Assembly: GCF_004010195.1 (NCBI RefSeq)
Contig: NC_057720.1
Location: 208,348 to 272,347 of the forward strand
Direction: 5' to 3'
From: Chiloscyllium plagiosum
Lineage: Eukaryota
Length of the DNA stretch: 64,000 nt
Shown here: in pieces, positions 61,751 through 64,000 of the stretch
Position numbering within the stretch: position 1 is the first letter of the stretch
How the letters are laid out: every line of letters begins with the position of its first letter
Program-made: the position numbers and the translations under genes
Notes under the pieces: model-generated
What the model was told of the DNA's origin: nothing
Seen by the model: only the letters and a program-made list of their open reading frames with translations
Database searches by the model: none

Positions 61751-62519
61751 ACTTCATGTTTGTCCTTATCCCACCCTTTGTTGATACTATCGCCTCCATC
61801 ACAACTCTCATCATCCCACCCTTGCCCTCAGTCCTGAAGAACAACTTGGGGTCCAATCTCCTGCCTGGGGTAGCGCACCCCCATATTTCTGCCTGGATCC
61901 TCTTTCCCCTCAGTTTCTGTGGATGGACCATATGGACTGAGTGAAACCCCATGAGTGACCGAACCGGATAGCCCTGGGGTGGGAGGTGCCCAGAGCGCTC
62001 ACTGATTGTTGTAACTCAGACCCCCCGCCCCGCCCACACAGACTGCATTAGGACTTCCCTCCCCAAGTCTGGCCCCTCGAAAGCCCCAGGACTGACCGTG
62101 ACTCACTGACCTGACCGGGAACACTTCGAGTGGTCACCTTACCGTGACCATTCCCCTGTCTGGGATTGGAAACTTCCTGGTCGCAGCCCCCTGACTCCTG
62201 GGTACCTCCCTGGGCCTGGGTGAGGGTGAGAGCCTGGAGACTGGGAGTCGCAGTTACCTACTCAGTGTGTGAGGTGCTGATACATGGAGATGCTCAGAGA
62301 TTGACTGATTCCATTCTGTCACACACCTCAGCAGATCCCAACACACTCAGACCCTGAGAAAATAAATTGACCCACACAGCTCTCCATTGACTCACTCCCC
62401 CCACCTTGAAATGGTTTGAGTGGCCTATTAAAAACCTTCCTTTAGGAAGGGTGGGATGATGAGAGTTGTGATGGAGGAAATAGTATCAACAAAGGGTGGG
62501 ATAAGGACAAACATGAAGT
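61751..62519. repeat. 73-bp inverted repeat pair (61751-61823 / 62447-62519) around a 623-bp spacer
   Basis: The arms are reverse complements with 2 mismatches. Confidence 0.9.
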
Positions 62520-63509
62520 GCCTTTGTTCCCAGGCAGTATTGACTGAAACTAATATTCTGGAACAGCCCAGTGCAGCATCCTGTGGGAAGTCAGGGTGAC
62601 TTGAATGGTACAGTGTTCTGGCTCTGACAGAACAGAAATGACAAGAACTTGTCAAAATCTGAAAGAACGTATTACCCTCAGCTTTGGATTTATTTAACAG
62701 CCAAGCCTCCACTGTCTCAGGGGCAGAGAATTCTCAAGGTTACAGCTTCTTCACTCTCGCCAGGACCTTGCCATCTCTCCTATCATGTGGCGAATTGAGG
62801 TACACAGCACTTGCTGAGAGCTGTAGATTTATAAATGAGATTAATTCCCTGTCACTCAGAGAATAAATAACCTGACCAAGCTTCAGTGCAGTAAGATTGA
62901 TACAGACGGACAACGAGTCTCTTGACAGCTACTTCCTGGGAGGCAAACGGAAGGGATTAATCTGTGAGATCATGGGGAGTGAGAAAGTGGAAAAAAATGA
63001 TGGAAGAAAAGTCTTTGTACCAGAATACTCAAACCAGCACCTTCCAGCAGATTGTGTGAATGGCCTTTCTAGGGGGGTGTGGACAAACAGCATCCCCCTA
63101 AAGAGGAAAGATTCACATCTCAACAGATAGGAAGTCTAATTAACCTTGTTTACTGACTCAGCAAAATACACAGCACTCTTTACTCCTGACTTCATCTCCA
63201 ATCTTATTACCAAATGCTTTTCAATTTATTAAAACCGAAAGGAAAACTAATTAAAGATCGATACTAATGAATGCATTGATGAAATGCAGGTTTGTCAGCA
63301 CTTTGCTCAGAATACATCCAGAGACCAATCACAGGAATGGCTTTGAGAAAGTTTCAAAGTCACTGCCCTGTCCCTCCATCTCCCCCAGAGTGGGGTTGGG
63401 GGAGGGGGACGGGGACGGGAATTACCCACAAGCCTGACCGCTCTTGGCTACCGTGTTAGTGACTGTAGGGCAAGACCCCACCCTCTCTCAGGAAGATGGT
63501 GCGCCACTC

Positions 63510-64000
63510 AGGGCTAAAGTGAGGACTGCAGATGCTGGAAACCAGAGTTTAGATCATAGTGGTGCTGGAAAAGCACAGCAGGTCAGGCAGCATCTGAGGA
63601 GCAGGAAAATCCAAGTTTCGGGCAAAAGCCCTTCATCAGGAATAGAGGCTGGAAGCCTCCATTGTAGAGAGATAAATGGGGGGAGCTGGGGAGAAGGTAG
63701 CAAAGAGTACAATAGGTGAATGGGGGTAGGAATGGAGGTGATAGGTCAGAGGCGTGGGAAGGGAGATTGACAGGTAGGACAGGTCATGGGGACAGTGCTG
63801 AGCTGGAAGTTTGGAACCGGGGTAAGGTGGGGGAAGGGGAAATGAGGAAGCTGTTGAAGTCCACATTGATGCCCTGGGGTTGAAGTGTTCCGAGGTGGAA
63901 GATGAAGCGTTCTCCAGGCGTCAGGTGGTGAGGGAGCGGCGGTGGAGGAGGCCCAGGACCTGCATGTCCTCGGCAGAGTGGGAAGAGGAGTTGAAATGTT
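63510..64000 (-). mobile_element. Neptune-type PLE 3' end (runs off the window)
   Basis: Minus strand [28 protein letters not shown]...IFHLGTLQPQGINVDFNSFL (GIY-YIG C-terminal half), then 3' UTR and a family A terminus with CTGATGAAGGGCTTTTGCCCGAAAC at 63615-63639. Confidence 0.85.

Noticed and set aside
55185..64000. Next upstream collagen exon (expected 108 bp, ending about GPIGLQ)
   Set aside because: No Gly-X-Y exon with splice sites was found; it presumably lies beyond 64000.

Overview
Vertebrate nuclear DNA, inferred to be from a cartilaginous fish (shark) because of its HE1/V-SINE, CR1 and Penelope repeat content. The window lies inside one large minus-strand clade-B fibrillar collagen gene that most resembles COL11A1 (pro-alpha1(XI)). 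I read 19 consecutive in-frame GT-AG exons. They cover the C-terminal part of the Gly-X-Y helix (54/108/36-bp phase-0 exons) and the first three C-propeptide exons (250, 113 and 69 bp); the gene continues past both window edges. The introns are mostly retroelement debris: CR1, a second CR1-group LINE, L2, RTE, a V-SINE and minisatellites. Most ORFs in the supplied track are fragments of these. Two features stand out. (1) At 15956-17837 is a head-to-tail array of Tx1-clade retrotransposon copies, separated by five copies of one near-palindromic target sequence. Their tails contain A-run-delimited segments that look like a record of earlier insertion sites. (2) At least four families of Penelope-derived short elements carry minimal hammerhead-ribozyme cores and are often inserted as head-to-head inverted pairs with 13-15 bp target-site duplications (TSDs). 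There are two assembly gaps (8966-9843 and 17197-17288). Exon coordinates were read base by base; repeat boundaries are approximate.
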